Shown here one piece after another: positions 47,638 to 58,668 of a DNA stretch of 64,000 bases (position 1 is the first letter of the stretch; every line of letters starts with the position of its first letter). The notes beneath the pieces are model-generated. The model worked only from the letters and a program-made list of their open reading frames with translations. It did no database searches and was not told the DNA's origin. The position numbers and the translations under genes were made by a program. The stretch is from Candidatus Latescibacterota bacterium (GTDB lineage Bacteria > Latescibacterota > UBA2968 > UBA8231): positions 3,392,001-3,456,000 of the forward strand of contig OZ242005.1 in NCBI GenBank assembly GCA_965204725.1. The letters are read 5' to 3'.

Positions 47638-47681
47638 CCCATGACCGCACTCCTCGCTCACTCCTACTCCTACTCCTAAGC

Positions 47682-49325
47682 GTGGTCGCCGCGTTGTCTT
47701 TGTGGGTGCTGCTCGTGGTGGGCGGCGCGGGATGCGGGCCAGCGGACCCGGAGGTCAAACCGGCGTTTGTAGCGGTGGAGGCGGGCCTTGAATTCCACCA
47801 TCAGAATGGGGCGAGCGGGCGCTACTACTACGTGGAAACCTATGGGTCGGGGGCGGCCTTCCTCGACTACGACAGCGACGGGGACCAAGACCTCTATGCG
47901 GTCAACAGCGCACCGCTGCCGGGTTTTGTCGCCGAGGACATCCCTACCAACGCGCTCTACCGCAACCGGGGCGACGGCACTTTCGCCGATGCGACCGCGC
48001 AAACGAGAACGGGCCATCCGGGCTATGGCATGGGCAGTTGCGTCGGGGACATTGACAACGACGGGCACGTGGATTTGTACGTGACCAACTTCGGCCCCAA
48101 CGTCCTCTATCGCAATCAGGGCGACGGCACCTTTGCCGATCAGACTGCCGACGCCGGGGTCGGCGACCCCCGCCTGAGCACCAGCGCGGCGTTTGCCGAC
48201 ATCGACAACGACGGCGACCTAGACCTCTATGTAGCCAACAACGTCTCCATTGACCTAGCGCACGACGAAGGATGTCGCCAAGGGGCGATCTCGGTCTATT
48301 GCGCCCCCACCCAGTACCCAGGAGAATCCGGCGCCCTCTTTCGCAACGACGGCGGCGGGAAGTTCGCCGATATTACCCGGCCGGCTGGTGTGCATAACCG
48401 AGCCGGCCGCCAGTTGGGCGTAGTCTTTGGCGACTACGACGGCGACGGGGACGCAGACCTGTATGTGGCCAACGACATGAAGGCCAATTTCCTCTTCCGC
48501 AACGACGGCGCGGCGCGGTTTGCCGAAGTGGGATTGAGCGCGGGGGTGGCACTCAGCGAGAGCGCTCGTCCCGAGGCCGGCATGGGCACGGATTTTGGCG
48601 ACTGCGACCGGGACGGCGACTTGGATATTGTGGTCTGCAACTTCCAGTGGGAAAGCTGCCGCCTCTATCGCAACGAGGGCGACGGCACCTTTGCCGACCT
48701 GAGTTTTCCGGCGGGGCTGGGCGAACCTACGCTTTCGACCTTGACTTTTGGCACGGATTTTCTCGACTACGACAACGACGGCGACCTAGACCTCTACCTA
48801 GCCAACGGCCACGTCCATCCAGAAGTGCAGGCGTTCGATCAAGCCGCGTCCTATCCGCAGTCGGACCAGCTCTTTGCCAACGACGGGGCCGGGCGGTTTG
48901 CGCTGGTGCAGGCTACGACCCTGCGCGGAGTCGGCCGGGGCGCGGCCTTTGCCGACATCGACAACGACGGCGACCTCGATGCTTTTGTCTCCAACAACAA
49001 CCAACGAGCGTTTTTGTTGCGCAACGACAGCGGCCAGCGCAACCACTGGATCGCCTTTAAGACCGTAGGCCGGGTTAGCAACCGCGACGGGATCGGGGCG
49101 GTGATCCGGGTGGTAAGCGGCGACTTGGTCCAGGTCGCGGAGGTGCGCAGCGGCAGCAGCTATCTTTCGCAAAACGATCTGCGGGTGTACTTCGGCTTGG
49201 GCCAGCGAGAAAAGGTGGATCGCGTCCAGATCCGCTGGCCCAGCGGGATCGTGCAGACGCTCGTACAAGTGCCCATCAACCAGATCCACCAAGTGAAAGA
49301 ACCTCCTTCCGCTGGCGGCGCATGA
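47682..49325 (+). CDS. CRTAC1 family (FG-GAP repeats + ASPIC/UnbV) protein
   Basis: Repeated D.DNDGDLDLYV.N; SNRDGIGA, GSSYLSQND..VYFGLG, IRWPSG. Confidence 0.92.
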   Translation: MVAALSLWVLLVVGGAGCGPADPEVKPAFVAVEAGLEFHHQNGASGRYYYVETYGSGAAFLDYDSDGDQDLYAVNSAPLPGFVAEDIPTNALYRNRGDGTFADATAQTRTGHPGYGMGSCVGDIDNDGHVDLYVTNFGPNVLYRNQGDGTFADQTADAGVGDPRLSTSAAFADIDNDGDLDLYVANNVSIDLAHDEGCRQGAISVYCAPTQYPGESGALFRNDGGGKFADITRPAGVHNRAGRQLGVVFGDYDGDGDADLYVANDMKANFLFRNDGAARFAEVGLSAGVALSESARPEAGMGTDFGDCDRDGDLDIVVCNFQWESCRLYRNEGDGTFADLSFPAGLGEPTLSTLTFGTDFLDYDNDGDLDLYLANGHVHPEVQAFDQAASYPQSDQLFANDGAGRFALVQATTLRGVGRGAAFADIDNDGDLDAFVSNNNQRAFLLRNDSGQRNHWIAFKTVGRVSNRDGIGAVIRVVSGDLVQVAEVRSGSSYLSQNDLRVYFGLGQREKVDRVQIRWPSGIVQTLVQVPINQIHQVKEPPSAGGA

Positions 49326-50860
49326 GCAACCTGTGGAAAAAGACCAGAGGGGGCCGCTGGGCTGTCGCCTGTTTGCCAGCCCTGCTCTGCGGATGCGTGC
49401 CCCCCGAAGAGAGCCTAGGCGAGCGCGAGAGCCGCTATCAACGCCAAATCGCCGAAGATCCGACAGACGCCGAGGCCCATTACGCGCTCGGCCAAGTGTA
49501 CCACGAACAGGCGCACTACCCCGAGGCCCTACAGTCCTTTCGTCAGGCTCTGGTGCTGGATTCCACCCACACCGGAGCGCGGGTGGGGCTGGGCAACATT
49601 CTGTTTAGGAGCGGCGAATTAGATCGAGCTGCAAGCGCATACCAACGGGCCGCGCAGGGATGTGCCGATTGTGCGGACGCGCACCGGGGGCTGGGAACGG
49701 TCTATCTGCGGCAGCGGCGCTTTGCAAAGGCCCGTCAAGCCTACCAGCAAGCCCTTTTAAGCGAGCCGGATCACGCCCCCTCGCACTACAATATCGGCGC
49801 GGCCTTCGCCCAAGAAGGCGCGTATCAAGAGGCGGCTGCGGCAATGGAACGGGCTCTTGCCAGCGACTCTAAATACATCCGAGCGTACACCGCGCTGGGC
49901 GATGTGTACTGCCTCAAGCTCGGACAGTGCGAAAAGGCCGCCGCGCTCCTCGCGCAGGCCGCGACCTTGCAACCAACGGCGGTCGCCCCCCGGATCGGCT
50001 TGGGGCGGGCACACCTCCGGCTAGGGCGATACGAGGAGGCCGCGGCCAGCTTTGAGGCGGCCATTGCAGGGGATTCGACGGCCGCGGCTGCATTTAACTG
50101 GCTGGGGGTAGCCCACACCAAGCTGGGGCAATACGAACTGGCGGCCCAAGCCCTGCGCCGCGCCATCCACCTCGATATGCTCTACCCACAAGCCTATTAC
50201 AACCTATCTCAGACCTACCAAAAGCAGGGTAAGACCAAAGAGAGTGAAAAGGCCCTTCGCGCCTTCAACCGCATGGACGCGTACTCGGGGGACATTCTCC
50301 GGTGGAAAACAATACTAGACGGCAATCCGCACGATGCTATGGCGCTCTTTGAATGGGGCCGGATCTATGCGAGATTGGGCGTAGCAAGCCAAGCGGTCGC
50401 GGCTTTTGAGCGCGCGTTGATGATCAACCCCGCTCATGCGCCGGCTTGGCACAATCTGGGCAATGCCTACGCTCGTCTCGACCGCTTGGACGAGGCCATC
50501 GCCGCCTACCGCAGGGCTTTGTCGCTGGACGAAGGGTATGCCCTCGCTTGGAACAACCTCGGCAACGCCCATTTTGCAAAGGGGGAACTGGCTCAAGCCC
50601 GCGAGGCATTCACTGCGGCACTCAATCACCGGGCCGGGTACGCGGACGCGCACCACGGCCTCGGGGGGGTGGCCCTGCGCGAAAGGGCGGCCGAGGAGGC
50701 CGTTGACCACTTTCGCGCGGTTCTAGCGGCCGACTCGAGCTATGCCCGCGCCCATTACGGCTTGGCCTTGGCTTACCGGGCACTGGGCGATTCGCTACGT
50801 GCGGTGCAGGCACTGGCGCGTTTTAAGCGGCTGCGCGCTGGGCCGCAGAATCCACCCTGA
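49322..50860 (+). CDS. TPR-repeat lipoprotein
   Basis: About 12 TPRs (AHYALG, AWHNLG...); LCGC lipobox. Confidence 0.88.
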   Translation: MSNLWKKTRGGRWAVACLPALLCGCVPPEESLGERESRYQRQIAEDPTDAEAHYALGQVYHEQAHYPEALQSFRQALVLDSTHTGARVGLGNILFRSGELDRAASAYQRAAQGCADCADAHRGLGTVYLRQRRFAKARQAYQQALLSEPDHAPSHYNIGAAFAQEGAYQEAAAAMERALASDSKYIRAYTALGDVYCLKLGQCEKAAALLAQAATLQPTAVAPRIGLGRAHLRLGRYEEAAASFEAAIAGDSTAAAAFNWLGVAHTKLGQYELAAQALRRAIHLDMLYPQAYYNLSQTYQKQGKTKESEKALRAFNRMDAYSGDILRWKTILDGNPHDAMALFEWGRIYARLGVASQAVAAFERALMINPAHAPAWHNLGNAYARLDRLDEAIAAYRRALSLDEGYALAWNNLGNAHFAKGELAQAREAFTAALNHRAGYADAHHGLGGVALRERAAEEAVDHFRAVLAADSSYARAHYGLALAYRALGDSLRAVQALARFKRLRAGPQNPP

Positions 50861-50861
50861 T

Positions 50862-52337
50862 TCACCGCCTCCAGTCCTTCTCCAGCCGACTCGCCTGTTT
50901 TTTAGACAGCCCACCCAACGCCTTCATGGCGTCCAACAGCCGCATCCGCGTCAATTCCGACCCCAAGAGCGCAGCGGATTCAAACAGCGGAGGCCCCACC
51001 CGCTCGCCAGTCAGCGCGACAATGAGCGGTACGGTCACGTCGCGGACCGGCCACGCCCAATGCGCGACCACCCGTCGCACGGCCTTTTCTACGCTGTCTT
51101 TGTCCCACTCCCCCACCTCGTCCAAGGCCCACACGGCCGTTTGCAACATCCGCGTCACCTCGGCGGCCTCCCGCTTTTTCGGGATCAAATCCTCGGCCTT
51201 TGGCACTACCTGCCGGGCAAAGAAAAACGCCACGCGCGGCACAAAATCCCCCAGCGTCTCTAGCCGCGGCTGCATAAACGGCAGCATCTGCCCGACGTAT
51301 TCGTCGTTGAGCAGCCAGTCCTTTAGCTCCGTCAACAGAGCTTCCGGCGTCCGCTCCTCGCGCAGGTAGCGTCCATTGAGCCAGCCCAGCTTGTCTATGT
51401 CAAAGATGGAGCCGCTCAAGTTGAGCTTGGCCGGGTCAAAATGCTCTGTTAGTTGCGCCAAGGTGAACTTTTCTTCTTCGAGCGGCGGATGGACCATGAG
51501 GGCCAAGTAGTTGATCAGGGCCTGCGGCAGATAGCCGGCGCGGCGATAGTACTCCACTGAGGTCGGGTTGCGCCGCTTCGACATCTTGGAGCCGTCGGGG
51601 TTGAGCAACAACGGCAGGTGTATGTACGTCGGCGGCGTCCAGCCAAAAGCCTCGTAGAGCATGAGGTGCTTGGGCGTGGAGGTGATCCACTCCTCTCCCC
51701 GAATCACGTGGCTGATCTGCATCAAGTGATCGTCCACCACCACGGCTAAGTGGTAGGTCGGAAAGCCATCGGACTTTATCAGCACTTGATCGTCCATGTT
51801 CTCCCACTGTAGGGAAATTGGCTCGCGGAGCAGGTCCTCAACTATACACGCGCCCTCCTTAGGCATCTTCAGCCGAATGACGTGTGCACAGCCCGCCCGC
51901 ATCTGGGCTTCAACCTCGCTGGCGGCTAGCACTCGGCAATGGCCATCGTAGCCGAGCGGCTCTCTGCGCTGCTGCTGCTCCGCTCGCAGGGCGGCCAGCC
52001 GCTCGCTCGTGCAAAAGCAGGGATAGGCGCACCCGCTCGCCACCAACTTTGCGGCGTACTCTGCGTAGATGGACAAGCGCTCGCTCTGCCGATACGGGCC
52101 GTAGGGTCCGCCCACATCCGGGCCTTCGTCCCACGCCAGCCCCAGCCACCGCAGCGACTGCATGAGCAGCTCTTCGTACTTCCGGTGCGACCGCGCTTGG
52201 TCGGTGTCCTCAATGCGCAGCACAAACCGCCCTCCGTTTTTCCGCGCCCACACCCAGTCGAACAGTGCTTGATACGCAGTCCCTACGTGCATGGGGCCGG
52301 TCGGCGAAGGTGCGATGCGCACTCGCACATCTGCCAT
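50862..52337 (-). CDS. gltX: Glutamate--tRNA ligase
   Basis: RIAPSPTGPMHVG, RIEDTD, IRGEEW, KMSKR. Confidence 0.96.
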   Translation of the reverse strand: MADVRVRIAPSPTGPMHVGTAYQALFDWVWARKNGGRFVLRIEDTDQARSHRKYEELLMQSLRWLGLAWDEGPDVGGPYGPYRQSERLSIYAEYAAKLVASGCAYPCFCTSERLAALRAEQQQRREPLGYDGHCRVLAASEVEAQMRAGCAHVIRLKMPKEGACIVEDLLREPISLQWENMDDQVLIKSDGFPTYHLAVVVDDHLMQISHVIRGEEWITSTPKHLMLYEAFGWTPPTYIHLPLLLNPDGSKMSKRRNPTSVEYYRRAGYLPQALINYLALMVHPPLEEEKFTLAQLTEHFDPAKLNLSGSIFDIDKLGWLNGRYLREERTPEALLTELKDWLLNDEYVGQMLPFMQPRLETLGDFVPRVAFFFARQVVPKAEDLIPKKREAAEVTRMLQTAVWALDEVGEWDKDSVEKAVRRVVAHWAWPVRDVTVPLIVALTGERVGPPLFESAALLGSELTRMRLLDAMKALGGLSKKQASRLEKDWRR

Positions 52338-52510
52338 CTGTTACCTCCTCGTCTTTTGGCTTACAAGTTAAGCCCCAGCTGCTCCCGCGCAACGCGGCCT
52401 ATTGCACATTTAGCTTTTTTTCGTAAGTTTATAACTTATAATAATTAACGCGCATTCGCTAGCGTCTCACCGCCCCTATTTCCCGCCCTTTCAACCCACA
52501 GACAGGATTT

Positions 52511-53695
52511 ATGCAGTTTACCGAGCTCGATCTAGCCCCCCACATCCTCAGAGCACTCGACGAGATGGGCTACGAGGACATGACGCCCATCCAAGAACAA
52601 ACCGTTCCCCACATTATCGCCGGCAAAGACGTCATGGGCCTAGCCGAAACCGGCTCTGGCAAGACCGGCGCCTGTGCCATTCCCCTAATCCAAGCCACCG
52701 ACGTGTCGCTCAACGCCATCCAATTCCTCATCTTGGTCCCCACCCGCGAGTTGGCGCTCCAATACGTCCAAGAGGTGGACGAAATCGCCCAGTACTCAGG
52801 GGCTGTGCCGTTTGCCATCTACGGCGGCTTTGACATGGACATCCAAAAGGCCAAGCTCAACCACGGAGTCCACATCCTCGTGGCCACGCCCGGCCGCCTC
52901 ATCGACTTTATATGGAACCACAGCCTTGACTTGACCCAAGTCAAAACCGTGGTCCTCGACGAGGCGGACGAAATGCTCAAGATGGGATTTATCGAAGACG
53001 TAGATTTTATCATGTCCTGCATCATGCAGGAATACCAAACCCTGCTTTTTTCCGCGACCATGCCCCCAGAAATAGAGCGGCTGACCCAACAATACCTCAA
53101 GTCGCCTGAGCGCGTCCACCTCAACCGCCACCAGCGGGCACCCCAATCGCTGGCCCATCACTTCCTCCACGTCTCCCGCCGTCGCAACGACGCACTCGTC
53201 AATTACATCGAGGGCCAAGAGATCCAACAGGGTATCATATTCTGCAACTCGCGCGACAAAGCATCCGTCTTGTTCCGCGACCTCCAACGGCGCATCCGCT
53301 CGGTCGATATCATCCACGGCGGGCTAGACCAAGAGCGGCGCACCTCCATCTTCCGCCGCTTCCGCCAGCAGAAAATTCGCTTTATGGTCGCCACGGACGT
53401 GGCCGGGCGCGGCCTCGATTTTTCGCACGTCACCCACGTCATCAACTACGACTTTCCCTTTAACGCCGAAATCTACACCCACCGCACAGGCCGGGCCGGG
53501 CGCATGGGCCGGGTCGGCAAGGCCCTGACCTTGGTCGGCGACCGCGACCTCCGCGACCTCAAGCGCCTGCTCAACGCCAACCGCATCCACGCGCATTGGG
53601 AAGGGACTGCGCCCGACTTGGACGATGTGAAACGCAATGGCCGAGGACGCCGGCGAAGGCCGCGCGGCAGAAAACCCGCAGCCAAAGCCAACTAA
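52511..53695 (+). CDS. DEAD-box RNA helicase
   Basis: AETGSGKT, PTRELA, TPGR, DEAD, SAT, HRTGRAGR. Confidence 0.95.
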   Translation: MQFTELDLAPHILRALDEMGYEDMTPIQEQTVPHIIAGKDVMGLAETGSGKTGACAIPLIQATDVSLNAIQFLILVPTRELALQYVQEVDEIAQYSGAVPFAIYGGFDMDIQKAKLNHGVHILVATPGRLIDFIWNHSLDLTQVKTVVLDEADEMLKMGFIEDVDFIMSCIMQEYQTLLFSATMPPEIERLTQQYLKSPERVHLNRHQRAPQSLAHHFLHVSRRRNDALVNYIEGQEIQQGIIFCNSRDKASVLFRDLQRRIRSVDIIHGGLDQERRTSIFRRFRQQKIRFMVATDVAGRGLDFSHVTHVINYDFPFNAEIYTHRTGRAGRMGRVGKALTLVGDRDLRDLKRLLNANRIHAHWEGTAPDLDDVKRNGRGRRRRPRGRKPAAKAN

Positions 53696-53717
53696 GTGCT
53701 TTTCGCAACGCGGCCGG

Positions 53718-54488
53718 CTAATTGGCCTTTTCCAATTCGGGCAGCAGCACGTCCTTGACCCAGCCAAAATCCGGGTCGATTTCAAGCGCCTTTTCAAAGG
53801 CCGCACGCGCCGACTCTAGCTCGCCTCGGTCTTGGTACGCGAGGCCGAGCCAAGCGTAAGTGCGGCTGTGTCCCCATGTCGGTTGGATGGGATCGGTTGG
53901 CTCTTCGCGGGCAAAGAGTTCGGCCGCGCGCTGGAATCCTTGCAGGCCCTTTTCCTTGCTTCCACCAAACATTTTTGGGGTATTGAAAGCACTGATGGCC
54001 GCGCTCAGCATCACGCGCGGATTGTCGGGGGCGAGCTGTAGGGCTTTTTGGGCAGCCTTTCCTGCTCTGGGGCCTAAGACCATGCTCTTGACCGGGTTGA
54101 GGGCGATCTGTCTTCCGTACGCACTCGACAGCAGAGAATAGGCTTCGGCGGCTTGAGGATCGAGCCGGGTGGCCTCTTTCAAATGCTCGACAGCGGTTTT
54201 GAGATGTTCAGAGACCGCGTCTTTGTTTTGTTCGCCCGCGGCGAATAGGCGATCGGCGATGCGGTAATCGGCCAAGGCGATGTAGTAGTGGCCCCACGCG
54301 GTCGAGCTGGTATCGGCCAAGGCGCGCTCGAATGTGGCCCGCGCCGCGTACATCGCATCGAGGTCGCTCGCGTTTTCACCGGCTTGCAGCATCTGTTTTC
54401 CACTGACGAGGAGGCTGTCGCCCGATTGCGCGCGAGTGGGATAGGCGATAGAGGCGACAAAGACGAGGGAGAGCAGCAAACGTTGCAT
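53718..54488 (-). CDS. Secreted TPR protein associated with a TonB-dependent receptor
   Basis: Signal peptide; PDNPR...TPKMFGG; TPR at C-terminus; AGGAG RBS. Confidence 0.82.
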   Translation of the reverse strand: MQRLLLSLVFVASIAYPTRAQSGDSLLVSGKQMLQAGENASDLDAMYAARATFERALADTSSTAWGHYYIALADYRIADRLFAAGEQNKDAVSEHLKTAVEHLKEATRLDPQAAEAYSLLSSAYGRQIALNPVKSMVLGPRAGKAAQKALQLAPDNPRVMLSAAISAFNTPKMFGGSKEKGLQGFQRAAELFAREEPTDPIQPTWGHSRTYAWLGLAYQDRGELESARAAFEKALEIDPDFGWVKDVLLPELEKAN

Positions 54489-54526
54489 GGACGTTCTCCT
54501 GAGTAAGGGAATCGGGTTGGGCGGCT

Positions 54527-56775
54527 TTAGTAGTTTAAGGAGAAACTGGCCCCGAAGTATATGGAGCGGCGGAAATTGGTGGTACGCGGTTGGCGTTGGG
54601 TATAGTCAATGCTGTAATCGTAGTCGAGCACGTTGGCGCGGTTGAGCAGGTTGCCGATGGCCAAGTAGAAAACGGCTTGGTGGCCGCTACCAAAGAACAG
54701 CACGTAACTCAACTGCCCATCCAGCTCTTGAAACGACGGCAGACGCTGTGAGCCGACCGGCCCTCTATGGGGAGGTAGTAATTTTGGTCCGCTACTCGAA
54801 TGGCATCGATAACAGGGGTAATGGGCCGACCGGTGGCGTGTCTTAGGGTCAGGCCGCCGCTGAGTGCGCCGACGAGTCGCGCTTTGGCGACCAAGGTCAG
54901 GTTGTGGGTAATGTCAAAGGGCGAAGGGGCCACTTCGTACTCCATATCCATCCCATTATAGCGCACCTGCTCTCGGCGCGAGCGCAGCAGACTGTAGGCC
55001 ATCCACCCGCTCAAGCGCGTATTGAGAAAAGCGCCGTACTTGAGGAACAAATCGGCCCCCGAGGCCCGGCCCTCGCCTGTGTTGGCAACATGGACCGGAG
55101 CAGGATGGTCAATGACGAGGTTGCGATACGGTTTGTAGTAGAGTTCGAGTCGAGCGGTGAAGTGGTCGCGCTCGTGGTGTAAGCCGCTTACCCAGTGCTG
55201 GGCGCGTTGGGCCTTCAGCTTGGGGTTGCCGCTGGTCGGATTGTACTCAAACGGCGCGGCGAATTGGTGATAGATGCCCCAAGCGAGCCGCACACTCGTG
55301 TACTTGGATAGCAGGTATCGCGCAGACAGGCGCGGATCTACGACAAAACGGCCGGATAGATCGTGGTGGTCGGTACGCACCCCAACTTGGGCGACGATGC
55401 GGCGCATGAGTCTAAAATCGGTTTCAACATAGGCCCCCGTGCGCCTAGTGCTATAGGAGGTATCGAACTCAAAGACCGCTGCCCCGGGGTCGAGAATCTC
55501 TCTCTGCGGAAAACTGCCCAGCAATCGGTTCGCACTGTGTTCGCTTTCGGCCCCCAAGCGCACAGCCTTATCAGTGCCGAGGGGACGTTCTAGATCGGTG
55601 CGAACTTTGAGGGTCCAGTCGCGGGGCGTCAAGTCTAGGTTGCCTAGCTGCTGCCGGGCATTGTAGCGGTTGAGCGAGGCACTGGTCTGGATGCTCCAAC
55701 TGGCCCACTCTTCTGTCCACTGGAGGTTGTGCAAATAGCTGTCCGTGCGGCTGCGATAAAGGCCATTGAAGGAAGGCTCGACGACTTTCACCCCGAGGCG
55801 GTTGTTGGAGTTGAAGTTGAATAGCTTGAGGCGTCCAGTCGGCGAGTATTGGTACACTAGGTTGAGATTGCCGTCGTACCCACGCGGGGTAGTGGTAAAG
55901 GTGTTGCGGTAACCATTGACGCGAAACAGGAGATCGGTAAAGCCGAGGTTGCCGGTGAAGCGCAGGCCGAGCTTGTCGTCTATCAGCGGCAGGTCCAGTG
56001 CAAGCGAGCCGGCCGCGAGGCCCAAACCGAGCGTATAGCGCCGTTGCTCGGGCATGTTTTGACTTTCCATGGACAGCACCGCAGAAAGCGCGTTGCCATA
56101 GCGCGCCGAGAACCCGCCGGTGGAAAAGACCGTGCCCTGTACCATAAAGGGAGAAATCGTGCCAAATACTCCGCCGGTGGGCGATTCGTATCTATAGGGA
56201 TGCACCACCGTGGCTTGATCGAGCAAAACAACGGTCTCGCTCACATCGCCCCCGCGCACAAAAAGACCGGCCCCGTCATCTACGGTGGCAACGCCGGGAA
56301 AGGTCTTGACCGCGAGAAAAATATCGGCCGAGGCCCCAGCCGTCGTCACTACGTCCAAAGGCGAGAGCGTGACGGTCTCATCCTCTCCGGTGGTATAAGT
56401 GCTCACTGAGACGACGGTTTCCCCGAGCTCGATGAGGGCGAACCTGAGTATTAAGCGAACCGTTGCGGTGTCGCCAGCGACTAAGTGCATGGTTTGCCGG
56501 GTAGGCTCAAAGCCGATGCAGGAGGCACTCAGGTCGTGTTGCCCGAGGTGGCGCGTGGAAAAGGCAAAGCGGCCGTCGCGCCCGGTTGTCGCGCCGGCTG
56601 TGGTCCCGACGATTTGTACATTGGCAAAGGCAACCGGCTGTCCAGTTTCATCGACGACCCGTCCCTGTACGAGGGCCACGCTCTCAGCAAAGGTTGGGCC
56701 GCCGTGCAGACCGACGAGCAGGAGAACCCAGAACAGGACCAGCGCGGCCTGTCGGGCGGTGCATCTTCTATCCAT
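54527..56775 (-). pseudogene. TonB-dependent receptor, frameshifted near the 3' end (or a sequencing error)
   Basis: Carboxypeptidase-regulatory-like N-domain, plug (LFVRGG, TGGFSARYGNALS); adding one base near 54760 joins ...LPIEG to PVGSQRLPSFQELDGQLSY...FGASFSLNY. Confidence 0.8.
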
Positions 56776-56781
56776 TGCGTC

Positions 56782-56997
56782 CTAATGGTCCAATCCCGGC
56801 AATAAGTGGTCTTTTACCCAGCCGTTGTTGGGGTTCACTTCAAGAGCTTTGACAAAGGCTTGCCGCGCCCCTTCGGGGTCGCCGGTCTCCTGACGCATGA
56901 TGCCGAGGTGGACACAGGCTTCGTCGTAGCCCCAAGAGGGTTGGAAGGGGTCGCGGATTTCCTCTTTGGCGAACAACTCAAGGGCTTGATCCGGAAG
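56782..56997 (-). pseudogene. C-terminal remnant of a TPR protein paralogous to 53718..54488
   Basis: ALELFAKEEIRDPFQPSWG...AFVKALEVNPNNGWVKDHLLP aligns with AAELFAREEPTDPIQPTWG...AFEKALEIDPDFGWVKDVLLP; no N-terminus. Confidence 0.75.
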
Positions 56998-56998
56998 A

Positions 56999-57700
56999 CT
57001 AGCCGATACTGCCTAGGGCAGCGGCGAAGGAAAGCCAAACAATCGTTATGATACCAACTCCAGCGTAGGCTTTGCGGCGATCAAACTGCCCGATAATAGA
57101 CAGGCCGAGACCAGTGATTACAACGCTCCAAACGACAAAGGGATCAATGAGAGACAATAAGTGCCCACTGAAGCTTCGGAGAGCCTCTTCGGAGAGGAAC
57201 ACCCCCAAGCCTATTTGCACTAGCGGTGTCTCTGTGGCCAATATTAGCAATGTCTTGACAATATGTTGGGGGATATTTATCAACCCCGCATAGACTACTA
57301 TGGTTAGGACTTGTCCGTAGGAGAGCAGGCCGCCTAGTAATTTACCCACCAGTAGGCAAAGCGCGGCAAATATAAAAATAAAAACGAAAAGCACAATAGG
57401 TGTAACGATCAGAGTACTAGCCTGCATGATGCCTTGGGTTCGGTATTGCTCCACTATCTTGCGCTCTTCGTCGGATATGCCCTGCATCCGTTGCTGCATG
57501 ACTTCTCGGTTGAATTCAGCCGTAAAGGGCAGGATAAGCACAGCGGCAATCGTGGCAACTACAACGTTCAAAGTAGCAGGCACAAGCCAGTCGGCAGCAC
57601 TGCGCTTGCGGGCGAGGGATTCAAAGGTTTCTCTCGGCGTGTAGAAGAGGCGAATCATGCGGTTGATGAGGCCGATTTCGGCTTGGGATGTAGGTTCCAT
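56999..57700 (-). CDS. Yip1 family membrane protein
   Basis: LFYTPRETFESL, five TMs, IDPFVVWSVV..GLGLS; AAGGAGG RBS. Confidence 0.85.
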   Translation of the reverse strand: MEPTSQAEIGLINRMIRLFYTPRETFESLARKRSAADWLVPATLNVVVATIAAVLILPFTAEFNREVMQQRMQGISDEERKIVEQYRTQGIMQASTLIVTPIVLFVFIFIFAALCLLVGKLLGGLLSYGQVLTIVVYAGLINIPQHIVKTLLILATETPLVQIGLGVFLSEEALRSFSGHLLSLIDPFVVWSVVITGLGLSIIGQFDRRKAYAGVGIITIVWLSFAAALGSIG

Positions 57701-57824
57701 GAAGACTCCTCCTTATTAAAAGAGATGAGTTTATCTCTATAACATCGTATTTACTAAAAACGTGTTTGACATATAGCAGACGAACCATAAACTAAAATGG
57801 GACCGAGGATTTTTCTAGTACCAA

Positions 57825-58628
57825 TTAAGGTTGAGCTGGTATAAAGGCTGATAGCTCCAGAGCCAAAACTGACATATTGCGTATAAAGTGGTATATAATG
57901 GAAGGATAAAGGGAGCGTGTTCCCTGATACAAAAAAAACGAAAGACTCTGTGTCATAAACGTAACGATAAATTCCCTTAGATGTTCCTCTGAAAACGGAG
58001 AGTAATGGTGGTAGCTGAAGATGAACGCGGTAATAGTGAAACCGAGAACGAACCCCAATCGATTTCTCAAAGCAGGGAATATCAGGCCGGTAAAATATGC
58101 CTCCTCTATAACAGGGGCAATCAGTAAAACGCGAACTGAGTGTGGAATGATAAGGAGAAATATAGTACGAGATTTTTCGTCCCAGTCGGCTTCCTCAGTC
58201 CAAGGTGTTAGAATGGGATTGGGATTTATTAAGTGGATATCAATTCCCTGGAGCTTCATGTAAAGGAAAAAGGCCAATACACTTACTCCGGATATCAACA
58301 ATAAAAAGTTAAATTTTAAAACGAACTTTTTTGATTCTCTGGGAATTTGAATGGACAATCCCAGTGTTTGGGTGTTTAGATCCTGTTTTTCTATTTTGGA
58401 GAATGCTACGACAACCAAAATAAGTAGAACATAAGGAATAGTACATAATAATACGAGAAGGTAGTCGCTCAAAGCGAATAGATTAAGTATAGTATCGACA
58501 GTATAGCGAAAGAAAAAGAACATAAAAATGGCTAGTAGAAAGGTAGAAAACATTCTACATCGTATATTTTCAAACTTTCTGGTAAATACGGAATAAATGT
58601 ATTGGTCCATTGTATGGATTTTTTTCAT
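57825..58628 (-). CDS. CPBP (CAAX/Abi) family intramembrane glutamic endopeptidase
   Basis: APVIEEAYF.G, FSYHH, SLYPSIIYHFIRN; start 58628 preferred because 58709 would read through a hairpin. Confidence 0.82.
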   Translation of the reverse strand: MKKIHTMDQYIYSVFTRKFENIRCRMFSTFLLAIFMFFFFRYTVDTILNLFALSDYLLVLLCTIPYVLLILVVVAFSKIEKQDLNTQTLGLSIQIPRESKKFVLKFNFLLLISGVSVLAFFLYMKLQGIDIHLINPNPILTPWTEEADWDEKSRTIFLLIIPHSVRVLLIAPVIEEAYFTGLIFPALRNRLGFVLGFTITAFIFSYHHYSPFSEEHLREFIVTFMTQSLSFFLYQGTRSLYPSIIYHFIRNMSVLALELSAFIPAQP

Positions 58629-58668
58629 GAATACACCTGCTTCTTCCATTAGTTGCTGGCGAAGACTT

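Noticed and set aside
47650-47680. CTCCTA hexamer run between genes
   Set aside because: Only about three copies, no evident function
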